Shown piece by piece: positions 9,736 through 18,828 of a stretch of DNA of 64,000 nucleotides. Position 1 is the first letter of the stretch, and each line of letters opens with the position of its first letter. Made by a program: the position numbers and the translations under genes. Origin of the DNA: Bacillota bacterium. Lineage in GTDB: Bacteria > Bacillota > Clostridia > Christensenellales > UMGS416. The DNA is taken from contig JAEWRW010000010.1 of the NCBI GenBank assembly GCA_023398815.1, forward strand, positions 2,316 to 66,315, written 5' to 3'. Below the pieces are notes generated by a model that did not search any database, was not told the DNA's origin, and was given only the letters and a program-made list of their open reading frames with translations.

Positions 9736-9908
9736 GGGGCCCTCCCGTTCGCAGACATTCTGCTACAAGGGTATTCACCGGGGGATGGGGTGGTGCGGGG
9801 TGATGGTGGATTTCCTATTTCAATTTTCATATGGCAGGGCTATAATAAGTACATAAGAATAGAGATGCCACCCGCTGAAACGGTGGACGTCTGCCATACG
9901 GAGGATGT

Positions 9909-12900
9909 ATGAGAAGGAATCGCTTGCTGCTGATGGGGTTGGTGACGGCGTTGCTGGGGGTGCTGATGGGCGGCGTGGCGCTGGCCGCCGAAGACACCGT
10001 AGCCCCCGTGCTGCTGGATGCGTACCCCCTGGCCACGGCCTACGATGCCGATGACACGGTGGAGCTGGTGCTGGTGTTCCGGGAGGCCGGCGGCATCAAC
10101 CTGAGGGACACCGTCATTCACTTGCAGATGGTGGATTCCCCCTCGCCGGTGTCCACGCGGCTGTACCTAATGGACGGTGACATCAACGGCACGGTGATGA
10201 CCAATGTCACCGCCAGTGTCTGCACCCCGGCACAGGTGGCCAACGGCTACTACGCGGTGAAGGTGGCCGTGCCCATGCACTACAACCGGGACAACTTCAT
10301 GACCGGCACTTACGTGCTGGACAGCTTGGCGGCAAGCGACCTGTCGGGCAACAGATGCTCCTATGGTGTGGAGACCGAGAGTTTTGCCGGCGGACCTGCC
10401 ATCCCCACCAGCCAGGGGTTGACCTTCACCGTGGACAACCCCGGGGCGGACTGCGTCTCGCCGGTGGTGCGCAGCATCGCCCTGACCCCGGACCCTGTGG
10501 CGGCGGGGCAGGCGCTGACCATGACTGTGAAGGCCTACGCCCCCGACGGCGTGGCGGAGTATGGTTTTGGATACACGCTTAGCGTATATGACGACCGCCT
10601 GCCCAACGGTTCTTACCAGTACTATCCTGATGCGGCCGGCAGCGATTTGGCCACCAACATCTCCGCACCGGACGCCGATGGCGTGGTGACGGTGACGTCC
10701 ACCGTGACCGTGCCCAACACCGTGCCGCCGGGGCAGTATCGGCTGAGCCAATTCTGCCTGCGGGATACGGCAGGCAACGAGACGATCAACTCCAGAATCT
10801 ATCCGGTCATTGCCGGGTACGATGACATCGGGGTGACCATCGTTAACGATGCTTACGATTACTCACCTGCCGCGGACATAACCGGGTTGAGCCTGTCGGC
10901 CGACACGGCGCGGCCCGGAGACACCCTGGCCTTTCGCGTAACGCTGGACAGCCAGGGCGTGGCGATGGAACAGTATATGGATGTGCACCTGACCAATGGG
11001 CTTGGCGTCAATTTTGACACCTTTTCGGTTAACCGGCAGACCGATGGCAGCTACCGGGGCGAATACCGTGTGCCGGCCGACCTGTTGCCGCAGACGGTGG
11101 AACTGAGCCTTTCCGTGCGTTATGCCAACGGCACCTGGAACGACGTATCCGCCGCTGAGCTGTCGGTGAAGAATCTTCCCACCCGTTTCACGGTGGGCAG
11201 CGTCTTTGCCGGGCTGGATGACCTCTCGCTGCCGGTTGGGGCCACCGCCGACAACCTGATGGCCGGTGTGACGGCTGCCAGCAGCCTGGATGGAGACCTG
11301 ACCGGGCAAATCACCATTGCCAACGCGCCGGACCTGACCGTGCCGGGGGTTTACTTCGTGCGGTACGAGGCACCCAGCACCATGCCGGTGGAAGAGTGGA
11401 ACCCAGACAAGGGAATGCGCAGCTACGTGGGGTACCGCTGGGTGGGGGTGACCGAGTGGGTGCCCACCGACGAAGACGACCCGTTCGTGGCGGCATCCAG
11501 CGCGTTGGCCATTGGCGGGGCCAAGGCCGATGACGTGACGGTGCGCTATGCCGCCAGCGGCAGCAACTACCACACGGTGGCCTTTGCCGCGCGGTACACC
11601 AGCGAGGGCAGCTACCAGCTGCAGCGCAGCGGCGACAGCAACGGACAGGGATTGCTGTGTGACGTGGGGGCGCTGGCCAACGGCCAGTACCAGGTGGCCT
11701 TTGACGCCAACGGCGGCAAAGGCACCATGGCCCCAAAGGTGTGGGCAACCGGCGAGAGCCGTGCCCTGCCCAAGGCCGCTTTCACCCGTACGGGGTATGC
11801 CTTTGACGGGTGGGCGTTGAGCGCCGATGGCAAGGTGGTGTACGCCAACCAGGCCATGGTGAAGGACTTGGCCCAAAGCGGCGTGGTGGTGCTGTATGCC
11901 CGGTGGAAGGGTTTGCCCTTCGCGATCGCGGCCACGTCTGCCAACGAAGCATGGGGCACGGTGACCGGGGCAGGAACCTACCAATACGACAACACCGCTG
12001 TGGTGAAGGCCACGCCCAAGCAGGGGTATCGGTTCGTGCGCTGGCTGGAGGGGAGCAAGGCCGTCTCCACCGGGGCGTCGTACTCCTTCAAGGTTGCCAA
12101 AGCCCGGACGCTGAAGGCCGAGTTTGCGGCCATTGCTACGCTCCAGGTGAAAGCGCTGGTGGGGTACGACAGCGTGTGTCTCTCCTGGGGGATGGTAACG
12201 ACTGGCGATTGCCTGATATACCAGGCCACAAAGCCGGACGGCGCCTTCGCCCAGGTGGGCAAGGGGGCGCCCAATGGCTGTGATCTGGGTGGCTTGATAA
12301 CCGGCAAGACCTATTATTATCGGGTGCGAATCCGTTGTGTGGCCGCCACGGCCACGACATACGGGCCCTATTCGGCTACGGTGGCGGTGACGCCAACGTT
12401 GGCCACCCCCAAGGCTAAGGCGGCTTCGGCAGGCTACACCAGCGTGAAACTCACCTGGGGCAAGGTGGACGGCGCAATGGGGTACAAGGTCTACCGTGCG
12501 ACCAGCAAGACGGGCACGTACCAGAAGGTGGCCGACACCAATGTGACGAGCTATACCAATGGCAGCCTGTCAACGGGCAAAACCTATTACTACAAGGTGC
12601 GTGCCTATCGCAAGGTTGATTCGGCAAAGGTGTACAGCGCCTATTCTCCAGTCATAAGTGCCAGGCCTGTACCGTCCAAGACTACGGATGTGACTGCCCA
12701 CCGTGTCTCCAACAGTTCCATTAAGGTGAGTTGGGGCAGGGTGTCCGGCGCGACAAAGTACCAGGTCTACCGCGCAACCAAAAAGGACGGCAAGTATACC
12801 AAGGTGGCAGAGACTACGAAGCTGGGCTACACCAACAAGAAGCTGGCGAACAACAAGACCTACTACTACAAGGTGCGGGCCTACCACCTGGAGGCCGGTA

Positions 12901-12947
12901 AAAAGGTCTATGGTGCGTGGTCGGCGGTGGTGTCGGCCCGACCCTAA
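9909..12947 (+). CDS. Secreted surface protein with Listeria-Bacteroides (InlB B-type) repeats and C-terminal FN3 array
   Basis: 1012 aa with signal peptide MRRNRLLLMGLVTALLGVLMGGVALAA. Contains GYAFDGWAL and GYRFVRWLEG repeat motifs and three to four FN3 units ending TGKTYYYKVRAY. No LPXTG or SLH motif seen. Confidence 0.75.
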   Translation: MRRNRLLLMGLVTALLGVLMGGVALAAEDTVAPVLLDAYPLATAYDADDTVELVLVFREAGGINLRDTVIHLQMVDSPSPVSTRLYLMDGDINGTVMTNVTASVCTPAQVANGYYAVKVAVPMHYNRDNFMTGTYVLDSLAASDLSGNRCSYGVETESFAGGPAIPTSQGLTFTVDNPGADCVSPVVRSIALTPDPVAAGQALTMTVKAYAPDGVAEYGFGYTLSVYDDRLPNGSYQYYPDAAGSDLATNISAPDADGVVTVTSTVTVPNTVPPGQYRLSQFCLRDTAGNETINSRIYPVIAGYDDIGVTIVNDAYDYSPAADITGLSLSADTARPGDTLAFRVTLDSQGVAMEQYMDVHLTNGLGVNFDTFSVNRQTDGSYRGEYRVPADLLPQTVELSLSVRYANGTWNDVSAAELSVKNLPTRFTVGSVFAGLDDLSLPVGATADNLMAGVTAASSLDGDLTGQITIANAPDLTVPGVYFVRYEAPSTMPVEEWNPDKGMRSYVGYRWVGVTEWVPTDEDDPFVAASSALAIGGAKADDVTVRYAASGSNYHTVAFAARYTSEGSYQLQRSGDSNGQGLLCDVGALANGQYQVAFDANGGKGTMAPKVWATGESRALPKAAFTRTGYAFDGWALSADGKVVYANQAMVKDLAQSGVVVLYARWKGLPFAIAATSANEAWGTVTGAGTYQYDNTAVVKATPKQGYRFVRWLEGSKAVSTGASYSFKVAKARTLKAEFAAIATLQVKALVGYDSVCLSWGMVTTGDCLIYQATKPDGAFAQVGKGAPNGCDLGGLITGKTYYYRVRIRCVAATATTYGPYSATVAVTPTLATPKAKAASAGYTSVKLTWGKVDGAMGYKVYRATSKTGTYQKVADTNVTSYTNGSLSTGKTYYYKVRAYRKVDSAKVYSAYSPVISARPVPSKTTDVTAHRVSNSSIKVSWGRVSGATKYQVYRATKKDGKYTKVAETTKLGYTNKKLANNKTYYYKVRAYHLEAGKKVYGAWSAVVSARP

Positions 12948-13060
12948 GCAGCAGCAGAAAGGGCCATCGGCCCAAGGGCATTGAGAGAAATCCGTTCGCT
13001 GCAACAACCTGTCTCGTTCTATGTGATGAGCTTTACCCCGAAAATGGACAATGCCAAAGG

Positions 13061-13099
13061 AAACCTCCTGTTGTAGGATCGATACAGCAGGAGGTTTTT
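13061..13099. terminator. Bidirectional hairpin terminator between the surface protein and hydrogenase genes
   Basis: AAACCTCCTG..CAGCAGGAGGTTT with T-runs on both strands. Confidence 0.6.
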
Positions 13100-13337
13100 C
13101 ATGTCAACCGCAGGACAGCAAGGCAGACCAATCAGTGAAATGTGCCATTGCTTTGCGGTGCCGCAACGGTTACGACCGATGGGTGTAGGCTTTGGCTGAA
13201 AACAAAACTGACACCGTTTGAAAAACGATGCCAGTTTGGGTGATTCTTCGATTGCCTGCACTGGGGGTGGTTTCCCCTGTCCACAATCCGGGGGCTGTTC
13301 AAAGCGCCGGGCGTACGATTGCCGTTTGAGCGAGCGC

Positions 13338-16300
13338 TCAGAGATCGTCCGTCGTCTGCCGGCCGGGCTTGGGCAGGTTTTTGAGCACCTGCTCCAGTCC
13401 GTCGTCGTCGAGCTCCCGGCCGTTGAGGGCCACATAGACCCGGTCGCGGCCGCCATGGTTGTGCAGCCGGATGGTGTTGACGTCCACAAAGTCGCTGCGG
13501 CCCGAGAGATGCAACCGCTCGCTCATGCGGTCATAGAGGCCGCCCGCGCCCAGGTTCAGGCAGTCGGGGCACAGGCACACGGTGAAGTCCTGCGTCACGA
13601 AGGCCGAGTCGGCCATGCGGCGCACGCGGGTGCCGTGCTGGGGCCGTGCGGTGTAGTGGGTGTGCAGCAGCTTGTGGGTGAGCGGCGAGTCGGCCTCGCC
13701 ATAGAACTCCTGGTAGAGCCGCAGGATGTCGGGGTTCTCCTGGCTGCGGCGGTACTTGCTGGTCTTGTCAATGTTCACCAGCACCTGCTGGCGCTGGGCC
13801 ATGTCACCGGTGCGCTCGGGCACGGGGTGGCCCGCGCCGCAGATGCAGCCGCCGGGGCAGGCCATCACCTCGATGAGGTCGTAACCCACGTTCTCACCGG
13901 CGAGGATCCGCTCGATGATGGGCTCGGCGTTCTTGAGGCCGGAGACGACCGCCACCGACACCTGACGGCCACCGGCGTCGACGACCGCTTCCTTGACGCC
14001 TGCAAAGCCGCGCATTTCCTCAAACTCCAGCTGGGCTTCCATCTGCTTGCCGGTCAACTTCTCCACCGCCATGCGCAGGGCCGCCTCGGCCACGCCGCCG
14101 GACGCGCCGAAGAGCACGCCCGCGCCGGTCACGGTCTTGTAGGGGTCGTCAAACTCAGCGGGCACGACCACCTTGGGGTCGAGCCGGGTGAGGGAGAACA
14201 TCTCCAGCATCTCGGTGGAGGTCAGCACCGCGTTCACGTCGCGGATGCCCTCGGTGGTGAACTCGGGCCGGGCGGCCTCAAACTTCTTGGCGAGGCAGGG
14301 CACGATGGAGACGATGAACAGATCCTTGGGGTTGAGGCCCGCGAGCTTTGCGTAGTGGTTGCGCACCGTCGCGCCCATCATCTGCTGGGGGCTCTTGCAG
14401 CTAGAGAGGTGCGGGATCAGGTCGGGGTAGCGCCGCTCCACAAAGTTGACCCAACCGGGGCAGCAGCTGGTGAACTGGGGCATGGTGCCACCGCCCTGCA
14501 CGCGCTTGAGGAATTCGGTCGTTTCCTCCACCACCGTGAGATCGGCGGCGAAGGAGAAGTCAAACACCTTGTCAAAGCCCAGCTTTTTGAGCATGCCGGC
14601 GATGAAGGGCGACGCCTCGTTGAAGGGGATGCCGAAGTGGCTGGACACCACCGAGCGCACCGCCGGGGCCACAAAGGCCACGACCGTCTTTTTGGGGTTG
14701 TTGAGCATGCGGAACACCTGGCCCCGCTCGCGCTTGTAATCAAGAGCGCCGCAGGGGCAGGCCGTGACGCACTGCCCGCAGGAGACGCAGTCCGTGTCGC
14801 GCAGCGGCAGGCCCGTCTTGGTGCCCACCAGCATCCGGCCCTGCTTCAGGTAGAAGCTCAGGATGTCCGGGCCCTCAATCTCGGCGCAGGCGGCGATGCA
14901 CCGCCCGCAGGAGATGCACTTGTTGTGGTCGCGCACGATGAAGGGGTGGTCGTCCACAATCGGGATGTAGGGGCGCTGGTGGTCGGGCGTGCGGTACTCA
15001 ATGCCGTGGGCGCTGGCCTCCTGCCGGAGGTTGCAGACAAACCGCTCGGAGCAGCCGCACTTCAGGCAGCGGCCGGCCTCCAGCCGCGCGGTGGCCTCAT
15101 CGAGGCCCTTTTCCACCTCACGGAAGTCTACGATGCGCTCGCTCACAGGGAGCGCCGGCATCTCGGCCCGGCGGAAGCGGGGCATAGCCTCAAACTCCCA
15201 CTTGGGCAAGTCCTCCAGCGACCCACGGCTGCAGGCGTAGTCCTCCTTGTCCTCGGGCACGTAGCCGCGGTTGAGGTAGCTATCCATGGCGAAGGCGGCG
15301 TGCCGCCCAGCCGCCACGGCCTGGATGACGGTGGCGGGGCCGGTGACGCAGTCGCCGCCAGCGAAGATGTTGTCCTCGCTCGTTTGGCCGGTGCGGGGGT
15401 TGATGTCGATGTCGCCCCACTTATTGAGGCGCACCGGCAGGTCGTTGTAGAGGAACTGGGTGTTGGTGCTCTGGCCGATGGCGCCGATGATGGTGTCGGC
15501 GGCGATGAGCTCGTCGCTGCCCTCCACAGGCACGGGGCGGCGGCGGCCCGAGCGGTCGGGCTCGCCCAGCTGCATGCGGATGCACCGGAGCATCTTGCGT
15601 CCCTCGATCATCTCCACCTTGTTGGGGGCCATCAGGAAGAGCATCTCCACGCCCTCGTGGATGGCTTCCTCCACCTCATAGGGCTCGGCGGGCATCTCCT
15701 CCCGCGTGCGGCGGTAGAGGAGCTTGACGGACTTCGCGCCCTGGCGCAGGGCCGTGCGGGCGCAGTCGATGGCGGTGTTGCCGCCGCCGATCACCACGAC
15801 CTGCTGCCCCAGGTCGATCTTCTCGCCCCGGGTCACCTGCTCCAGGTATTGGATGCCCAGCCACACGCCGGGCAGGTTCTCGCCCTCAATGTGCAGGGGC
15901 GTGGCCCGCCAGCTGCCGATGGCCAGGTACACCGCGTCGAAGTCGCGGTGCAGGTCTTCGAGCATCAGGTGGGTGCCCAGCGCCTTGCCGGTCATGATCT
16001 TCACGCCCAGGCTCTGGATGAGCCCAATCTCCTGATCCAGCGTGGCCTTGGGCAGGCGGTACTCCGGGATGCCGTAGCGCATCATGCCGCCGGCGTGGCT
16101 CTGGCGCTCAAACACCGTGACGTCGTGGCCCATGATGGCGCTGTAATAGGCCGCCGAGAGGCCCGACGGGCCCGCGCCGACGATGGCGACGCGCCGCCCG
16201 CTGGAGGGGGCCACCGTGGGCAGCCAGGGCTCCTCGCGCTTGAGGTCCCAGTCGGCGACGAAGCGCTTGACGTGGTTGATGGCCACCGGGGAATCCACGA

Positions 16301-16802
16301 GGTTGCGGCGGCACTTGCCCTCGCAGCTGTGGGGGCACACCCGCCCGCACACCACCGGGAAGGGGTTGTTGTCCTTGATGACCCGCAGCGCCGCCTCGAA
16401 GTTACCGTTGTTCACGTGGCGGAGGTAGCTCTGGATGTCAATGTGGGCGGGGCACTGCTGCACGCAGGGGGCCACGCAGTCGGCGTTGTGGTCGCTCAGC
16501 AGCTGCTCCAGCCGGATCTTGCGGTAGTGCTCCAGCCGGGGGCTGTTGGTGGTAATCACCATGCCCTCACGCACCGGGGTCTGGCAGCTCTTCACGTCGC
16601 GCTTGGCATCGCCGTCGCCCAGCTCCACCACACACAGGCCGCAGTTGCCGTTGCTGCGCTCCAGCCGGATGTCGTAGCACAGGTGGGGCACCTGGATGCC
16701 TTCCTGCAGCAGGGCCTGCAGCACGGTCAGCTTGTCGTACACCTCGGTCTGGCGGCCATTGACGGTAATGGTAACGCGCCGTTCGGTTTCCAGTGTTCTC
16801 AT
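13338..16802 (-). CDS. [FeFe] hydrogenase fused to a GltD-type NAD(P)H flavin oxidoreductase module (group A2-like)
   Basis: 1154 aa with N-terminal 2Fe-2S ferredoxin fold, GltD motif VAIVGAGPSGLSAAYY and 4Fe-4S Cys clusters. H-cluster motifs are FTSCCPGW, VPCLAKKFE and EVMACPGGCICGAG. C-terminal thioredoxin-like tail. Confidence 0.9.
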   Translation of the reverse strand: MRTLETERRVTITVNGRQTEVYDKLTVLQALLQEGIQVPHLCYDIRLERSNGNCGLCVVELGDGDAKRDVKSCQTPVREGMVITTNSPRLEHYRKIRLEQLLSDHNADCVAPCVQQCPAHIDIQSYLRHVNNGNFEAALRVIKDNNPFPVVCGRVCPHSCEGKCRRNLVDSPVAINHVKRFVADWDLKREEPWLPTVAPSSGRRVAIVGAGPSGLSAAYYSAIMGHDVTVFERQSHAGGMMRYGIPEYRLPKATLDQEIGLIQSLGVKIMTGKALGTHLMLEDLHRDFDAVYLAIGSWRATPLHIEGENLPGVWLGIQYLEQVTRGEKIDLGQQVVVIGGGNTAIDCARTALRQGAKSVKLLYRRTREEMPAEPYEVEEAIHEGVEMLFLMAPNKVEMIEGRKMLRCIRMQLGEPDRSGRRRPVPVEGSDELIAADTIIGAIGQSTNTQFLYNDLPVRLNKWGDIDINPRTGQTSEDNIFAGGDCVTGPATVIQAVAAGRHAAFAMDSYLNRGYVPEDKEDYACSRGSLEDLPKWEFEAMPRFRRAEMPALPVSERIVDFREVEKGLDEATARLEAGRCLKCGCSERFVCNLRQEASAHGIEYRTPDHQRPYIPIVDDHPFIVRDHNKCISCGRCIAACAEIEGPDILSFYLKQGRMLVGTKTGLPLRDTDCVSCGQCVTACPCGALDYKRERGQVFRMLNNPKKTVVAFVAPAVRSVVSSHFGIPFNEASPFIAGMLKKLGFDKVFDFSFAADLTVVEETTEFLKRVQGGGTMPQFTSCCPGWVNFVERRYPDLIPHLSSCKSPQQMMGATVRNHYAKLAGLNPKDLFIVSIVPCLAKKFEAARPEFTTEGIRDVNAVLTSTEMLEMFSLTRLDPKVVVPAEFDDPYKTVTGAGVLFGASGGVAEAALRMAVEKLTGKQMEAQLEFEEMRGFAGVKEAVVDAGGRQVSVAVVSGLKNAEPIIERILAGENVGYDLIEVMACPGGCICGAGHPVPERTGDMAQRQQVLVNIDKTSKYRRSQENPDILRLYQEFYGEADSPLTHKLLHTHYTARPQHGTRVRRMADSAFVTQDFTVCLCPDCLNLGAGGLYDRMSERLHLSGRSDFVDVNTIRLHNHGGRDRVYVALNGRELDDDGLEQVLKNLPKPGRQTTDDL

Positions 16803-16883
16803 GTTCTCCCCCGCATCTATCTTAAAAATGTTTGGTCGTCGAATGAGAGTCGATTTGCCATATCAATCATGCAACGACCATCG

Positions 16884-16912
16884 ATTATACGTCCCTGTGA
16901 AAGTGTTGTCAA
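16884..16912 (-). promoter_or_regulatory. Consensus sigma-A-type promoter for the hydrogenase gene
   Basis: The minus strand reads TTGACA-17 nt-TATAAT. The -35 lies inside the 12-bp palindrome TGTCAATTGACA (16907-16918). Confidence 0.6.
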
Positions 16913-17170
16913 TTGACGGCGAAGCCTGTCGGCAAAAGGCGAAACAGGGCAGGAAAAAAGCAGGAAGAGAGAGAAGAAAGTGCAAGAAGAACAGCAATTT
17001 GGCCCTGCGGCGGCAGGGTTCTTCTGCGGCCATCACGCACCTCTCCCTCCCCCAAGGGTGGGGGAGGGCCGGGGAGAGGGTTCGGGAGGGCAGCAGCCCG
17101 TTCCCGTTGCCTGCGCCGCCCATCCGTTCCGCACGCCGCTTTTATGATTTGAACGCAAGGAGGCAATCCC

Positions 17171-17968
17171 ATGCATCTTTCCTTCACCACCATGGCCACG
17201 CCCGACCACACCGCCGCCGAGGCTGCGGCCCTGGGCCACAAGTTGGGCTACACCTGCATCGACCTCCGGGTCAGCGACGACCGGGGCGAACTCTCCCCCC
17301 AGGCGGGGCCGGGGGAAGTGGCGGCCCTGCGCCGGGTGCTCGATGCCGAGGGCATGACTCCGGCGGGCCTGCTGTGCTACAACGCCCGTCAGGTGGACGA
17401 CGCTGCAGGCCGCGCCGCCATGGCCGAGGACATTGTGCGGCACCTCGCGCTGGCGCAGGCGCTGGGGTCGCCGTCCATCCGGGTGTTCACCAGCGGCACC
17501 GAGGGCGGCGCACACCCTGACCGCATCCCCGTAGCCGCCGAAGTCATCGCCACGGCCCTGGCGCGGTACTCCGGCCCCGAGCGGGTGCTCATCCAGCACC
17601 ACGCCGGGCAGCTGACGGCGCTGGAGGCGGTGGACGTGCTGGAGCAGGTGGGCGACCGGCGGGCCGGGCTCATCCTGTCGCCCGATCATTGCCTCATCAT
17701 GGGGGAGGACATCGCCGCCGTGCTGCCCCGCGTCCTGCCCTGGGTGGGCCAGCTCTACGTGGCCGACGTGCGCCGCACCGCCACCGGCTACGACTGCACC
17801 CTGCCAGGTGAGGGCGAGGCCCCGCTGGACGAATCCCTGCAGGCTCTCACTGCCGCTGGCTTTTCCGGTTGGGTCACCTTCAAGTGGGAGAAGATCTGGC
17901 ACCCCGAGCTGCCCCCGGCTGAGGTGGCGTTGCCGAAATTTTTGGGATGGGTTGGGGCGCATCTGTGA
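17171..17968 (+). CDS. Sugar phosphate isomerase/epimerase (xylose isomerase-like TIM barrel)
   Basis: 265 aa with RBS AAGGAGG. The fold pattern resembles the AP-endonuclease 2/xylose isomerase-like TIM-barrel family. This is a family-level call only. Confidence 0.6.
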   Translation: MHLSFTTMATPDHTAAEAAALGHKLGYTCIDLRVSDDRGELSPQAGPGEVAALRRVLDAEGMTPAGLLCYNARQVDDAAGRAAMAEDIVRHLALAQALGSPSIRVFTSGTEGGAHPDRIPVAAEVIATALARYSGPERVLIQHHAGQLTALEAVDVLEQVGDRRAGLILSPDHCLIMGEDIAAVLPRVLPWVGQLYVADVRRTATGYDCTLPGEGEAPLDESLQALTAAGFSGWVTFKWEKIWHPELPPAEVALPKFLGWVGAHL

Positions 17969-18099
17969 TGTACCCAACGGACCTGTCTTGTGATCGGATG
18001 GGGAGGAGGACGGTACACGCAGCGTTCAGCCAGCTACGGCATTTGTGCAGACACCGTTCTCGGCATTCATCCCTTCGTGGCTGAAAGACAAGACTCACA

Positions 18100-18530
18100 C
18101 AGCGGGAACCGGGTGCTTCCCCGTACGCGTTGCGAGTTTCCCACAGGCGACTGGCGGCACTCTGCTTGGGACAGCCCGCGCGCCTTACGCCGCATCGTGC
18201 GGCTATGGCGGCACAAGCACCGCCATCACGGCGCTTGGCTTGACGCCATCCACGGCGTCTGGGGGCGGGATGTTTGAGGCTTTCCGTTGCGGAGCATGAG
18301 GAAAGGCGAGTTACCGCCCTCTGCTACTCACTCTGTGCCGGTCGTCTGGTCTAGGAAACTCGCCCGCGTCTCCGAGGCGTTTTTGGGCACTTTTGGCGCT
18401 TACCAAAAGTGCCGCCTACGGGCCTTACGCCGCATCCAGCGGCTATGGCGGTTGCCCTGCAACGCCATCACGGCCCTCGGCCTTGGCGCCATCCGGCCGC
18501 CTGGGCCCGCGGCAGCGCGATTCCAAGAAT
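18100..18530 (+). repeat. Mosaic repeat copy B (R3 core 18125-18435 with internal insertion, plus 3' extension module)
   Basis: Shares GCGTTGCGAGTTTCC, GGGCGGGATGTTTGAG, GCGAGTTACCGCC and hairpin GGCACTTTTGG-CGCTTA-CCAAAAGTGCC with the other copies. Confidence 0.85.
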
Positions 18531-18616
18531 ATGAGCCGGAATACCAAAACATGGGATCACAACGTAGTACGCAAAGGTGCGGCCATCCCAATATTGTGTG
18601 GTTAGGTGCTATGGCG

Positions 18617-18645
18617 TTGACAAACGGCATTTCGCCTGTTACCAT
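18617..18645 (+). promoter_or_regulatory. Putative promoter of a micro transcription unit upstream of rtcB
   Basis: TTGACA (18617-18622), 17 nt, then TACCAT (18640-18645). Confidence 0.4.
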
Positions 18646-18664
18646 TCACAAAAAAGGAGAGTTG

Positions 18665-18748
18665 ATGAACGTCATGCTGAAGCTTCGAGCCCCTCAATAC
18701 GATCGCCTTGCGGTCATACTATGTGTGGGTCAGCATTCCGTTCTTTGA
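18665..18748 (+). CDS. 27-aa small ORF (MNVMLKLRAPQYDRLAVILCVGQHSVL), possible leader peptide or small protein
   Basis: Strong RBS AAAGGAGAG lies 4-5 nt upstream of the ATG. A terminator follows 20 nt after the stop. No similarity recognised. Confidence 0.3.
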   Translation: MNVMLKLRAPQYDRLAVILCVGQHSVL

Positions 18749-18767
18749 CGCTTTGGTTCTCAAAGTC

Positions 18768-18798
18768 AAAGCCCGGGACTGACGTCCCGGGCTTTTTT
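18768..18798 (+). terminator. Rho-independent terminator
   Basis: AGCCCGGGAC-TGAC-GTCCCGGGCT followed by TTTTTT. Confidence 0.8.
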
Positions 18799-18828
18799 GT
18801 ACCCGTTTGGGTGGAAGGGTTGGTCGCT

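Noticed and set aside
13218-16916. 1232-aa ORF on the + strand covering the whole hydrogenase locus.
   Set aside because: It is antisense to a gene with unmistakable H-cluster, GltD and Fe-S motifs. Its translation is low-complexity Ala/Gly/His/Val/Leu/Arg, typical of shadow ORFs in high-GC DNA, and it has no RBS.
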